From Flavobacteriaceae bacterium (lineage in GTDB: Bacteria > Bacteroidota > Bacteroidia > Flavobacteriales > Flavobacteriaceae): a stretch of 64,000 nucleotides of DNA. The notes below the pieces were generated by a model. It ran no database searches. It worked only from the letters and a program-made list of their open reading frames with translations, and was not told the origin of the DNA. Shown here one piece after another: positions 36,737 to 46,431 of this stretch; the first letter of the stretch is position 1, and every line of letters starts with the position of its first letter. The DNA lies in NCBI GenBank assembly GCA_026988355.1, contig JALSLK010000118.1, forward strand, positions 4,709 to 68,708, read 5' to 3'. Position numbers and translations under genes: made by a program.

Positions 36737-37936
36737 TTAAAACAAAAGTAAATTAATATCTCTAAATGGTAAATTAAACCAGTTCGCAACAGATTTATGA
36801 GTTAAAATTCCATGATAAAAATACATTCCTTTTTGCAAACTTTTATCAAAACGAGCAGCATTTTCAATACCACCTTCTTCGCCAATATTTAATAAATAAG
36901 GTGTAAAAATATTACTGATAGATAAAGAAGCAGTTCTCGAATATCTCGAAGGAATATTAGGAACACAATAATGAATAATATCGTGCTTTTTAAAAGTAGG
37001 TTCACTATGTGTAGTAATTTCTGAAGTTTCAAAGCAACCGCCACGATCAATACTAACATCTACAATTACAGCGCCTTCACGCATTTGCTCTACCATAGTC
37101 TCTGTAATTAAAATTGGAGCTCTATTTTTACCTCTAACAGCACCAATGGCAACATGACATCTTTTTAATGCTTTTTGTAAGGTTTTTGGTTGTATGGTTG
37201 AGGTGTAAATTGTTTTTCCTAAGTTGTGTTGTAACTGTCTTAATTTAGTAACAGAATTATCAAATACCTTTACAGAAGCACCAAGACCAATAGCAGAACG
37301 TGCTGCAAATTCGCCAACAGTACCAGCGCCTATAATAACTACTTGCGTTGGAGGAACTCCACTAATATTTCCAAGCAACCAACCATTGCCATTATTGTCT
37401 TTATTCATTAATTCTGAAGCAATTAAAACAGAAGCGATACCAGCAATCTCACTAAGTGATTTTACAATAGGATACACACCATGTTCATCTTTAATAAAAT
37501 CAAAAGCAAGTGCAGTAATTCGTTTTTTAGCTAAAGCTTCGAAATATTCTTTTTTCTGTGTTTTGAGTTGTAAAGCAGAAAATAATGTACTTTGTGGATT
37601 CATCATTTCAATTTCATGAAATGATGGTGGCTCTATTTTTAAAACAATATTACAAGCAAAAACATCCTCTGTGCTATACGATATTTTAGCACCAGCCTCC
37701 GAATAATCTTTGTCAGAAAAATTAGATGAATCGCCAGCTCCAGTTTCGATAACTATTTGATGACCATGAGCAGTTAAAGCAGTAACAGCATCTGGAGTTA
37801 AACAAACACGTTTCTCTTCGAGTCTGGTTTCTTTAGGAAGACCAATTTGTAATTTACCTTTTTGTTTTTTAATTTCGAGCGTTTCGGGCTTTGGCATTAA
37901 TTCTTCTTTGCTAAAAGGGCTAAATTGTTGGCTCAT
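36737..37936 (-). CDS. ald: alanine dehydrogenase / PNT-family NAD-dependent dehydrogenase
   Basis: AlaDH/PNT N- and C-domains with the dinucleotide fold VVIIGAGTVGEFAARSA. 399 aa with a short N-terminal extension. Confidence 0.75.
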   Translation of the reverse strand: MSQQFSPFSKEELMPKPETLEIKKQKGKLQIGLPKETRLEEKRVCLTPDAVTALTAHGHQIVIETGAGDSSNFSDKDYSEAGAKISYSTEDVFACNIVLKIEPPSFHEIEMMNPQSTLFSALQLKTQKKEYFEALAKKRITALAFDFIKDEHGVYPIVKSLSEIAGIASVLIASELMNKDNNGNGWLLGNISGVPPTQVVIIGAGTVGEFAARSAIGLGASVKVFDNSVTKLRQLQHNLGKTIYTSTIQPKTLQKALKRCHVAIGAVRGKNRAPILITETMVEQMREGAVIVDVSIDRGGCFETSEITTHSEPTFKKHDIIHYCVPNIPSRYSRTASLSISNIFTPYLLNIGEEGGIENAARFDKSLQKGMYFYHGILTHKSVANWFNLPFRDINLLLF

Positions 37937-37974
37937 ATTTTTTCTTTAAAATTATTAGATAACTACGTTTGTAG

Positions 37975-38382
37975 CTATTTTATTTTTAATATTCTTGTTT
38001 CCTCATCCAAGATATCAATCCGAATCGAAACTGCCTCTAAAGGTAATAAATTTTCCACATTTTGAGGCCATTCTACAAAACACCAAGTATTTTTATTAAA
38101 ATATTCATCTATTCCAATATCTAAAGCCTCGTCCTCATTTTCTATTCGATAAAAATCAAAATGATAGATAAGAATATTGTTTTTAGAAAGGTATTCGTTT
38201 ACCAAAGAAAAAGTTGGAGAATTTACGGTATCCGTAACATCAAGTTGTTTGATTATTTCTTTAATTAATGTTGTTTTTCCAGCGCCCATTTCTGCATAAA
38301 ATAGTACTGTTTTATTTTGAATTGTGCTAATTATTTTTGAGGCAACAACAGGTAATTCTGCTAGAGTATATGTAATTTCCAT
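37975..38382 (-). CDS. tsaE: tRNA threonylcarbamoyladenosine biosynthesis ATPase TsaE
   Basis: 135 aa, P-loop EMGAGKTTLIK, conserved SPTF motif. Confidence 0.85.
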   Translation of the reverse strand: MEITYTLAELPVVASKIISTIQNKTVLFYAEMGAGKTTLIKEIIKQLDVTDTVNSPTFSLVNEYLSKNNILIYHFDFYRIENEDEALDIGIDEYFNKNTWCFVEWPQNVENLLPLEAVSIRIDILDEETRILKIK

Positions 38383-38384
38383 AA

Positions 38385-39452
38385 TTATTGAAGATAGAAA
38401 ATTAAAGCATCAAAAATCAAATCGGTTTCTACATGGCAATCTAGTTTATGATTTGCGATACTTTGTAATAAAACAAAACGAATATTACCATTGGTGTTTT
38501 TTTTATCGTGCTGCATTACATCTAAAATAGATTCAAAATCATTTTTTGTAAAGGAAATTTTACCAAATAAATCTAAAATATATTTTTTAAGGAATCGTAA
38601 CTCCTTTTCAGGAAAAGCAAATAATTTATAAGATAAATAGGTCTCACAAATCATTCCAACAGCAATGGCTTCTCCATGTGTTAAAGTTGGTTTTAAATTA
38701 TCTTGTAAAAAATAAGTTTCAATAGCATGACCAATAGTATGTCCGAAATTTAAAATTTTTCGTAAATTTTGTTCTTTAGGATCTTTAGTAACGACTTCAT
38801 TTTTAATTTCAATAGATCTAAAAATTAATGTAGCAATATGTTGATTTGTTATTTCTGGTAGAGCTTTAATAGTTTTCCACAAATTACCATCATAACTTAA
38901 ACCATATTTAATAATTTCGGCCATTCCAGAAATTAATTCTCTTTGTGGTAAAGTATTTAAATAATGCTTATCAATTAAAACCAATTCTGGATTTGCAAAA
39001 AGACCAATTTGATTTTTAAGCGTATTAAAATCAACACCAGTTTTACCACCAACCGAAGCATCTACCATACCTAAAAGAGAAGTCGAAATATTAATAAATC
39101 GAATGCCTCGTTTAAAAGTAGCAGCAACAAAACCACCTAAATCTGTAATCATACCACCACCAATATTTATTAAAATACTGTTTCTGTCCGCTTTAAGTTC
39201 TGTTAATTGTTTCCATACAACTTCACAAGTTTGTAAATTTTTAAAATCTTCGCCAGCAGGAATCACTATTGTTTTAAAATGAAATTTTGGAGAAATTTTT
39301 GCTAAAAAAATAGGTAAACATTTATTTTTTGTATGTGCATCTACTAAAATAAATAAAGAAGAATACGTATTATTTAATAAATATTTATCTAAAGAATTGT
39401 AGTTGTTTTCTTCAAAATGGATGGTGTATTTTTGCGCATTTATGGTTTTCAT
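38385..39452 (-). CDS. aroB: 3-dehydroquinate synthase
   Basis: GGGMITDLGGFVAATFKRGI and HGEAIAVGM metal-site motifs. I chose the Met at 39452 (MKTINAQKY...); the listed ORF extends 39 codons further into a repeat-bearing intergenic region. Confidence 0.85.
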   Translation of the reverse strand: MKTINAQKYTIHFEENNYNSLDKYLLNNTYSSLFILVDAHTKNKCLPIFLAKISPKFHFKTIVIPAGEDFKNLQTCEVVWKQLTELKADRNSILINIGGGMITDLGGFVAATFKRGIRFINISTSLLGMVDASVGGKTGVDFNTLKNQIGLFANPELVLIDKHYLNTLPQRELISGMAEIIKYGLSYDGNLWKTIKALPEITNQHIATLIFRSIEIKNEVVTKDPKEQNLRKILNFGHTIGHAIETYFLQDNLKPTLTHGEAIAVGMICETYLSYKLFAFPEKELRFLKKYILDLFGKISFTKNDFESILDVMQHDKKNTNGNIRFVLLQSIANHKLDCHVETDLIFDALIFYLQ

Positions 39453-39616
39453 TTTAGTACTTTTTTCGACTGCAAGGTACGTTTTTTTTATTTTGAAATA
39501 TCTAATAATCGCAGTTCGATATAAAATTTGTTTACAGTTTATACCAAGTTGATTTTTAAAAGAAGCCATAAACTCATTATCTTTTCTAATTCTACTAAAA
39601 TTATAACCGTAACAAA

Positions 39617-39694
39617 GCCATGCTTACAATTTAAAGTGCAGTAAAACCGTGAAAAGATAAATAATTTATAGCGTATTTTGATGTTGAGTTGGTA
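39617..39694 (+). repeat. right half (78 bp) of the MITE-like element
   Basis: AGCCATGCTTACAATTTAAAGTGCAGTAAAACCGTGAAAAGATAAATAATTTATAGCGTATTTTGATGTTGAGTTGGTA aligns with the right half of 20991-21148. Confidence 0.6.
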
Positions 39695-39881
39695 TCAAAT
39701 CTTTTTTATAAATTTTTATTGAATTGAAGTTAATAGGATTGAAACAATTTTGCTAGAATAGCAAGAAAAAATATTAATAATTGTATCTTTACATAATATT
39801 AAATTACAACATTTAGACGGATATTTTACGAGTTATGTTTTTGTTTTATTCGTAAAATTAAACCAAGTAACCTATTTAAAA

Positions 39882-41084
39882 ATGAGTATAGAAAATAACA
39901 AAGCACAATTTTTTATAGAAAGTATATTTGATGATACTGAAATCGCATTTGCAATGAAAACAGATAGCGAGTTAGAACGTGCCTACTTTTTGTTTAAAAT
40001 GATAAAAAGTGAACCTCTGGTACGCATTGGTACTGCAATTACAAATTTCGCATTAAAAGCACACATGCCAGTAGAGCATTTAATACGAGCATCTGTATTT
40101 GATCATTTCTGTGGAGGGATTACAGAAGAAGATTGTATGGCAACAATAGATAAAATGTATGCTAAAAAAGTACATGCTGTTTTAGATTATTCGGTAGAAG
40201 GCAAAGAAACCGAAAATCAGTTTGATTTTGCAATGGATAAAACCTTAAAAATACTTGATTTTGTTAAAGAGAAACAGAGTATTCCATTTGCGGTATTTAA
40301 ACCAACTGGTTTTGGGCGATTTAAAATTTATCAAAAAATTACAGAAAAGGAACCTTTATCTGTAGAAGAACAAGAAGAATGGCGAAAAATAGAAGATAGA
40401 TACGATACGGTTTGTAAAAAAGCTTTTGAAAATGATGTACCTTTATTAATTGATGCAGAAGAAAGTTGGATGCAAACTGCCGCAGATGATTTAATTGAAC
40501 GAATGATGACAAAGTACAATAAAAACAAAGCAATTGTTTACAGTACTTTACAAATGTATCGTTGGGATAGATTGGATTATTTAAAAGAATTACATAAAAG
40601 GGCTATTGCTAAAGGATTTTATATCGGAATGAAAATTGTGAGAGGTGCATATATGGAGAAAGAAAGAGAAAGAGCTACCGAAAAAAGATATATATCGCCA
40701 ATATGTAATACAAAACAAGAAACCGATAAAAATTACGATGCAGCAGTTTTATACATGATGGAAAATGATAAGATGGCAATTTTTGCAGGTACACACAATG
40801 AAAAAAGTTCTCTTAAATTAATAGAACTAGCAGACAAACATAAAATTGACAAAAACGATATTAGAATGTGGTTTGGTCAATTGTATGGTATGAGCGATCA
40901 TATTAGTTTTAATTTGGCAGAAAAAGGATATAATGTAGCGAAGTACTTGCCATTTGGACCAGTACGAGATGTAATGCCATATTTAATTAGAAGAGCAGAA
41001 GAAAATACCTCAGTAGCAGGTCAGACAAATAGAGAACTAAAATTATTAAAAACAGAACGTAGACGTAGAAAATTAACCAAGTAA
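39882..41084 (+). CDS. proline dehydrogenase (monofunctional PutA-like)
   Basis: 400 aa with QLYGMSDHIS and a C-terminal YLIRRAEENTS motif, both typical of the PRODH TIM barrel. Confidence 0.85.
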   Translation: MSIENNKAQFFIESIFDDTEIAFAMKTDSELERAYFLFKMIKSEPLVRIGTAITNFALKAHMPVEHLIRASVFDHFCGGITEEDCMATIDKMYAKKVHAVLDYSVEGKETENQFDFAMDKTLKILDFVKEKQSIPFAVFKPTGFGRFKIYQKITEKEPLSVEEQEEWRKIEDRYDTVCKKAFENDVPLLIDAEESWMQTAADDLIERMMTKYNKNKAIVYSTLQMYRWDRLDYLKELHKRAIAKGFYIGMKIVRGAYMEKERERATEKRYISPICNTKQETDKNYDAAVLYMMENDKMAIFAGTHNEKSSLKLIELADKHKIDKNDIRMWFGQLYGMSDHISFNLAEKGYNVAKYLPFGPVRDVMPYLIRRAEENTSVAGQTNRELKLLKTERRRRKLTK

Positions 41085-41089
41085 TTTAT

Positions 41090-41824
41090 TTAGCGATGTC
41101 CTTTAAACGTTTTGAAACGAATCAAAACCACTTTAACCGTAGTATCGTTTAGTATTTTTTTTGCAAGTTTAAAATTTCGTTGCCTTACACCATCTGTTAT
41201 CCAAGTGTATTTTGTCTTATTTGGATATAAATTCCGAATTAACTCATAGTCTCGATAATAAAATGAAATTCCGATATTTTGTTGTAGATCTAATGTCTTT
41301 TGAATATTTAAAAGCTCTTTTTTTACATTAACAGAATCTAATTTATACAAAAAAGGCAAGTAATAACTAGTTTTAAAGCCATATTTAGTAAAATGTACTA
41401 AAGCGTTTGGATAACGAGTTTCTACTAATATTTTAGATAAAGGATACTTGTGCTTTTGTATAATTTGTTGTAATTTATTTAAAATTAAAGAAGCATTATT
41501 TTCCTTTAAATTTTTAATATCCAACCATAAAAAAGGTTGTTTTTTTAAAGCAGCAACATAATTATCAAAACTTAAATGTATAGATGTTGCAGGTGGATGA
41601 TTAACATCCAAAAAATCCTCATTTTTATGATAAACCAAATCCAATTCAAGACCTTTAAAATAATTTTCGGTAATGTTCGCTTTTTCAATGCTATTATTTC
41701 GATGTGCCCATATTTTATCGTAATGTCCAGCAAACTCAAAACGATATGGAACGTAGCTATATAAAATATATGCTACTGCACTAGAGAGAACAATAATAAA
41801 TGCTATTTTAATTTTCTTTATCAT
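41090..41824 (-). CDS. membrane-anchored hypothetical protein with GDPD/PLC-like phosphodiesterase features
   Basis: N-terminal TM (IAFIIVLSSAVAYILY), then WAHRNNS...GLELDL...VNHP, reminiscent of the HR...E.D catalytic pattern of GDPD/PI-PLC folds. I chose the Met at 41824; this overlaps the upstream gene by 17 bp. Confidence 0.4.
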   Translation of the reverse strand: MIKKIKIAFIIVLSSAVAYILYSYVPYRFEFAGHYDKIWAHRNNSIEKANITENYFKGLELDLVYHKNEDFLDVNHPPATSIHLSFDNYVAALKKQPFLWLDIKNLKENNASLILNKLQQIIQKHKYPLSKILVETRYPNALVHFTKYGFKTSYYLPFLYKLDSVNVKKELLNIQKTLDLQQNIGISFYYRDYELIRNLYPNKTKYTWITDGVRQRNFKLAKKILNDTTVKVVLIRFKTFKGHR

Positions 41825-43448
41825 AATCGATACCTTTTTTAATCCATCTAGTTTTCGTTTTAAAATTACGATTAAAAATACTTTTTTCAGGATGAAATCC
41901 CTCAAAATTTATTTCGGTTAAATCAGAAAAACTATGGATAAAATCATCCAAAACATAACTCCTATTAATAATACGATCTAAACCAATAAATTGTTGGTGT
42001 TTTATTTTGTATTTCTTAGAAGTCCATAAAATAAAAGGGACTTCATACATCGAAGGAGTTCCTCTCCATTCGTTATGACCAATAAAATCAATCGAATCGA
42101 ATACTTCGTCTCCATGATCGGAAAAATAAAGAACAAAACTAGTCTTATTTTTTGCCTTAACTTGATTGATAATTGATCTAACAATATAATCGTTATATCG
42201 TACAGCATTATCGTATTCGTTTACATAATTTTTTGATTTTGCATGTTTAAATTTCGTTAACGGATTTACATCATTAAAATAATTAAACGTTTCTGGATAC
42301 CGATATTTATAACGCGTGTGTGTACCCATAAGGTGGATAAACACAATTTTTTTGGCATCTTTTTCAAGTAGAACTTCTTCTAGTTTCGGTAAAATAACGG
42401 AATCATAACCAATATCTGTATAATCATCGGTATTTAAAAAATACGTGTTTTTAGCAGCACTACCAATTAAGCTAGGAATACTTTCATTCATGCCAACAGG
42501 TCTTTGATTCGATAACCAATAGGTTGTATATTTTGCTTGATTACTGAGTTGTATAATAGACGTATTATCAGTTCCTTTAGGATAAAAATGGTAATCAGCT
42601 AACGTTAAAATTTTTTGCAAAGCCGAAATAGTATGAACGTGTGGTGTGATAACGTTATTAAAAATAAAAAGTTCCTCTTTTATTTCGGTTAACAAGGGAT
42701 TCGTTTCACGATTGTAACCATATAATTGTAAATGTTTTTTTGAAGTAGATTCGCCAATAATAATAACGTAGGTTTGTGGTTCTTTATCGTAATTCGTAAC
42801 CTTAATATTAGAATTTATGTTTTTAGATAGAACGCTTACATACCCTTTTCTAAAAGCAACATATTCTTTATACGAATAGATACTTTGTAAAATAATATTT
42901 TCGTAAAAAAAACGCTTTTGAATAAGAAAGACTGTGAAAAAAATAAGACAAATACCAATTCCCTTTAAAAAGTAAGATAGAATATTTAAGTTTAAAATTT
43001 TTGAAATAAAAGGTTTATTAGCAGTATAAAAAAAAGATTTTAATGTAAAAAAAAATGAAATAAGAAAAAGAAGATATAAACCAATGAGTTTATAATCGAT
43101 ATAAGTACTTATAAATTCGGAAGCCTCCGTTTTATTGGTTTCAAAAATAATATATAAAACCGAAGCACTTAATTTGGAATTAAAATTATAGTAAAAACTA
43201 AGTTTAATACCAACTAATATAGATAAAAAAAGATGTGTAATGAGTAGATAATATTTTCGGAATCTAATGTTTTTAATAAGCAAATAAATAATAAAAATAA
43301 TAAACGATAACATCCCAAAAGCAATAACCTCTTTGACGTAATTTTTTTTAAAAGAAATTAAAAACCAACCAAATACACTCCAAATAAAAAATGGAATATA
43401 AATATAAAGTATAAGGTTAATTACAGATTTAAAGTCAAATTTTTTCAA
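41808..43448 (-). CDS. phosphoethanolamine transferase (EptA/OpgE-like; TM domain + sulfatase fold)
   Basis: 5 N-terminal TM helices, then IIIGESTSKKHLQLYGYNRETNP and FSDHGDEV sulfatase-fold motifs. Confidence 0.72.
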   Translation of the reverse strand: MKKFDFKSVINLILYIYIPFFIWSVFGWFLISFKKNYVKEVIAFGMLSFIIFIIYLLIKNIRFRKYYLLITHLFLSILVGIKLSFYYNFNSKLSASVLYIIFETNKTEASEFISTYIDYKLIGLYLLFLISFFFTLKSFFYTANKPFISKILNLNILSYFLKGIGICLIFFTVFLIQKRFFYENIILQSIYSYKEYVAFRKGYVSVLSKNINSNIKVTNYDKEPQTYVIIIGESTSKKHLQLYGYNRETNPLLTEIKEELFIFNNVITPHVHTISALQKILTLADYHFYPKGTDNTSIIQLSNQAKYTTYWLSNQRPVGMNESIPSLIGSAAKNTYFLNTDDYTDIGYDSVILPKLEEVLLEKDAKKIVFIHLMGTHTRYKYRYPETFNYFNDVNPLTKFKHAKSKNYVNEYDNAVRYNDYIVRSIINQVKAKNKTSFVLYFSDHGDEVFDSIDFIGHNEWRGTPSMYEVPFILWTSKKYKIKHQQFIGLDRIINRSYVLDDFIHSFSDLTEINFEGFHPEKSIFNRNFKTKTRWIKKGIDYDKEN

Positions 43449-43558
43449 AAAAAGAAACGATTTTAGTTTACAAAATAGAAAATATATTTAGAACAAAACT
43501 AATCTATTTAAAAATTAATTGCGTACTATTGATTTACTAATTTAAAAATGAGCATTAC

Positions 43559-44092
43559 ATGCAAATATATATAGCACTTTTAAGAGGAATAAATGTCTCT
43601 GGAAAAAATAAAATTTTAATGACAGATTTAAAAAATTTATTCGAAAAATTACAATGTATAGATGTAAAAACATACATTCAAAGTGGTAATGTAATTTTTA
43701 AATCCGATATAAAAGATAAAGAAGATTTAGCAAATTTAATTTCTTTAAAAATTGAAGATACCTACGGCTTTAAAATTCCAGTAATTATTAAAAAGGATAC
43801 AGAAATACAGCAAATAATTACTAATAATCCATTTTATAATGAGAGTGTAGATACAAAAAAACTGTATGTAACCTATTTGGATAGTGTTCCAAAAGATATT
43901 GCAAAATTAAAAGCATTTGATTTTGGAAAGGATGTTTATGCAATAGTAGAAGATGTTATATATCTAAAATACGATATTGGTGCAGGAAAAACCAAATTGA
44001 CAAATGCCATTATGGAAAAAAAATTAAATGTAATTGCAACCTCTAGAAATTGGAGAACAACAAATAAAATAAAAGATTTGGTTTGTGATTAA
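43559..44092 (+). CDS. DUF1697 domain protein
   Basis: N-terminal YIALLRGINVSGKNKILMTDLK is the family signature. 177 aa. Confidence 0.8.
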   Translation: MQIYIALLRGINVSGKNKILMTDLKNLFEKLQCIDVKTYIQSGNVIFKSDIKDKEDLANLISLKIEDTYGFKIPVIIKKDTEIQQIITNNPFYNESVDTKKLYVTYLDSVPKDIAKLKAFDFGKDVYAIVEDVIYLKYDIGAGKTKLTNAIMEKKLNVIATSRNWRTTNKIKDLVCD

Positions 44093-44117
44093 TTGTAGCT
44101 TTTGATAAACAATTTTA

Positions 44118-45308
44118 TTAAAAAATTTGATTTTGAACCAAATCCTTAAAACATTCTTTTTTACGAATAATTTTTGTTTCTTCGTTATAGTGCAGCAATT
44201 CCATAGGTCTTAGCCTCGAATTATAATTAGAAGCCATAGTAAAACTATACGCACCAGCATTTTCAATACAAATAATATCGCCAACATGAGGTTTGTTTAA
44301 AGTTCTGCTTTTACCAAAAAAATCCTGTTCACAAATATAACCTACAATATGGTATTTTTTAGTAGAAATTTTTGTGTTACTAATATTTCTAATATGATGA
44401 TATGCATCGTAATACATAGGTCTGATAAGATGATTAAAACCAGAATTAATAAAAATATTACGGTCTTTAATCGTGGTAACTTCCGTTAAAAAAAGACCAG
44501 AATTACTCACTAGAAATTTACCAGGCTCAATAATTAACTTTAAATGCTCATTATTATAGGAAACCTTAAAATCGTTAAAAGCGTTCGTTAATTGCAAGCC
44601 AATTTCATTAATGTTAATAAAATCATCATCACTTTTATATTTTACTTTAAAACCACCACCAAAATTAATAAATTTCAGATTTTTGAATTGTTTGGCAATA
44701 GAAAATAAAACATTTGCAGAATTTTTAAAAGAATCAATACTTAAAATATCGGAACCTAAATGAATATGAAAACCATGAATTTGTAAACCGCATTCTTTTA
44801 TGAGTTTATGTAATTTATCTACTTTAGAAATAGATAAACCAAATTTAGATTTTTTCTTAGCAACAGTTATTTTTTTATTACCACCAGCTTTTATATTAGG
44901 ATTTATTCTAATAGCAATAGAATTACCAACGTTGAGTTTTGCATATTGCTCAATCTGAATGATATTATCGAGCGTAATATTTACACCAAGATTCGCAGCT
45001 TCTTTAATTTCATGAAAAGGAGTGCCATTTGGAGTAAAAAAAATTTCATCAGCATTAAAACCAGCCAAAAAAGCCAATTTAACTTCATGGATAGAAACCG
45101 TATCTACACAAGAACCTAATTGATGCATTAATTTCAAAATAGCAATACTACTTAAGGCTTTCATGGCATAGTTAACCTGAAAATTAGAACAATTAGCAAA
45201 AGCGTTTTGTAACTGTTTGTATTTGTATTCAATAACATTACCGTTATAAATATAAAAAGGCGTTTCGTATTGTTTAGTCAGTTCTAAAAGAAAATTGTCT
45301 TTAAGCAT
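44118..45308 (-). CDS. lysA: diaminopimelate decarboxylase
   Basis: PLP-Lys motif VNYAMKA, EPGKFLV, GYICEQD. 396 aa. Confidence 0.82.
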   Translation of the reverse strand: MLKDNFLLELTKQYETPFYIYNGNVIEYKYKQLQNAFANCSNFQVNYAMKALSSIAILKLMHQLGSCVDTVSIHEVKLAFLAGFNADEIFFTPNGTPFHEIKEAANLGVNITLDNIIQIEQYAKLNVGNSIAIRINPNIKAGGNKKITVAKKKSKFGLSISKVDKLHKLIKECGLQIHGFHIHLGSDILSIDSFKNSANVLFSIAKQFKNLKFINFGGGFKVKYKSDDDFININEIGLQLTNAFNDFKVSYNNEHLKLIIEPGKFLVSNSGLFLTEVTTIKDRNIFINSGFNHLIRPMYYDAYHHIRNISNTKISTKKYHIVGYICEQDFFGKSRTLNKPHVGDIICIENAGAYSFTMASNYNSRLRPMELLHYNEETKIIRKKECFKDLVQNQIF

Positions 45309-45357
45309 GTAATAATATTTAATACGAAAGTAGTATATTTAACCAAACTATTAATAA

Positions 45358-46368
45358 ATGAAAAAAAATATTTTTATAGTATCATTGTTTTTTGTGTTAT
45401 TGTCATGTAAAAGTCAAAAAACAACAAATTTCCCTTTAAATAATAATTTAAACTGGATAAAGCCATCCAACTTAAAAAAAGGAGATACAGTAGCCTTGTT
45501 AACACCAGCAAGTTATTTAAAAGACAGTATAAATTCTGTGAAAAATGCAATAGATACCTTAAAAAGTTGGGGATTAAATTACAAGTTATCCAAACATATA
45601 TTCGATAAAAAAGGACATTTTGCAGGAGACGATAAATTACGAGCAGCAGATTTTCAAGAAGCAATAGATAATCCAAATATAAAAGCAATTTGGTGTACAC
45701 GAGGAGGTTACGGAAGTGTGCGAATGATTGATGCAATAAATTTTAAGAAATTACAAGAAAACCCCAAATGGATAATAGGATACTCGGATGTAACAGCAAT
45801 ACACAACGAAATTCACAATCATGGAGTGCAATCCATACATGGTGTAATGCCAGTTAATTTTAAAAAACCATCAGAGAAAATAAAAAAAGCAGTAAAATCA
45901 TTAAAAAATATATTATTTGGAATAAAAAACACGTATGTTATCGAAGGCTCAACCTATAATAAAAAAGGAAAATCACAAGGAATATTAGTAGGAGGAAACC
46001 TAACTTTATTACATACTATGCTCGGATCAAAAACATCAATAAATACGGAGAATAAAATTTTATTTATAGAAGATGTAGGCGAAAAAAAATACCACATCGA
46101 TAGAATGTTATATAGTTTAAAAAGAGCAGGTTATTTTAAAAAATGTAAAGGTTTAATTGTTGGAGGTTTTACAGCAATGAAAGATGAAAATCCGCCATTT
46201 GCAAAAAATGTGGAAGAAATTATTTTAGCACTTTTAAGCGAGTATGATTTTCCAATTGTATTCGATTTTCCAGCAGGTCATAAAATAGATAATAGAGCCT
46301 TAATTTTAGGAGCAAAAATAAAAATTTCGGTAAATAAAAGAGAGGTAATTATTGAATTTTTGGACTAA
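45358..46368 (+). CDS. LD-carboxypeptidase (peptidase S66, muramoyltetrapeptide carboxypeptidase-like), secreted/lipoprotein
   Basis: Lipobox VLLSCKS. Ser-nucleophile context CTRGGYGS. C-terminal FPAGH. Confidence 0.78.
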   Translation: MKKNIFIVSLFFVLLSCKSQKTTNFPLNNNLNWIKPSNLKKGDTVALLTPASYLKDSINSVKNAIDTLKSWGLNYKLSKHIFDKKGHFAGDDKLRAADFQEAIDNPNIKAIWCTRGGYGSVRMIDAINFKKLQENPKWIIGYSDVTAIHNEIHNHGVQSIHGVMPVNFKKPSEKIKKAVKSLKNILFGIKNTYVIEGSTYNKKGKSQGILVGGNLTLLHTMLGSKTSINTENKILFIEDVGEKKYHIDRMLYSLKRAGYFKKCKGLIVGGFTAMKDENPPFAKNVEEIILALLSEYDFPIVFDFPAGHKIDNRALILGAKIKISVNKREVIIEFLD

Positions 46369-46431
46369 TATTAAATTTATGTTAAATTTTTTCATAAATT
46401 TACTGCTTATATTAACCAAAACCTTATATAT

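Noticed and set aside
37224-37619. 131-aa plus-strand ORF opposite the alanine dehydrogenase gene
   Set aside because: It is an antisense shadow. The minus-strand frame carries the dinucleotide-binding motif.
39453-39569. 39-codon N-terminal extension of the aroB ORF
   Set aside because: The extension (MASFKNQLGINCKQILYRTAIIRYFKIKKTYLAVEKSTK) has no AroB counterpart that I recognise. It reaches towards the MITE-fragment region. The Met at 39452 gives a normal-length enzyme.
45374-45736. 120-aa minus-strand ORF opposite the LD-carboxypeptidase gene, and the similar short ORFs opposite SusC/SusD (46673-46927, 47645-48060, 48728-49252, 49978-50292)
   Set aside because: They are antisense shadows with Leu-rich low-complexity translations.
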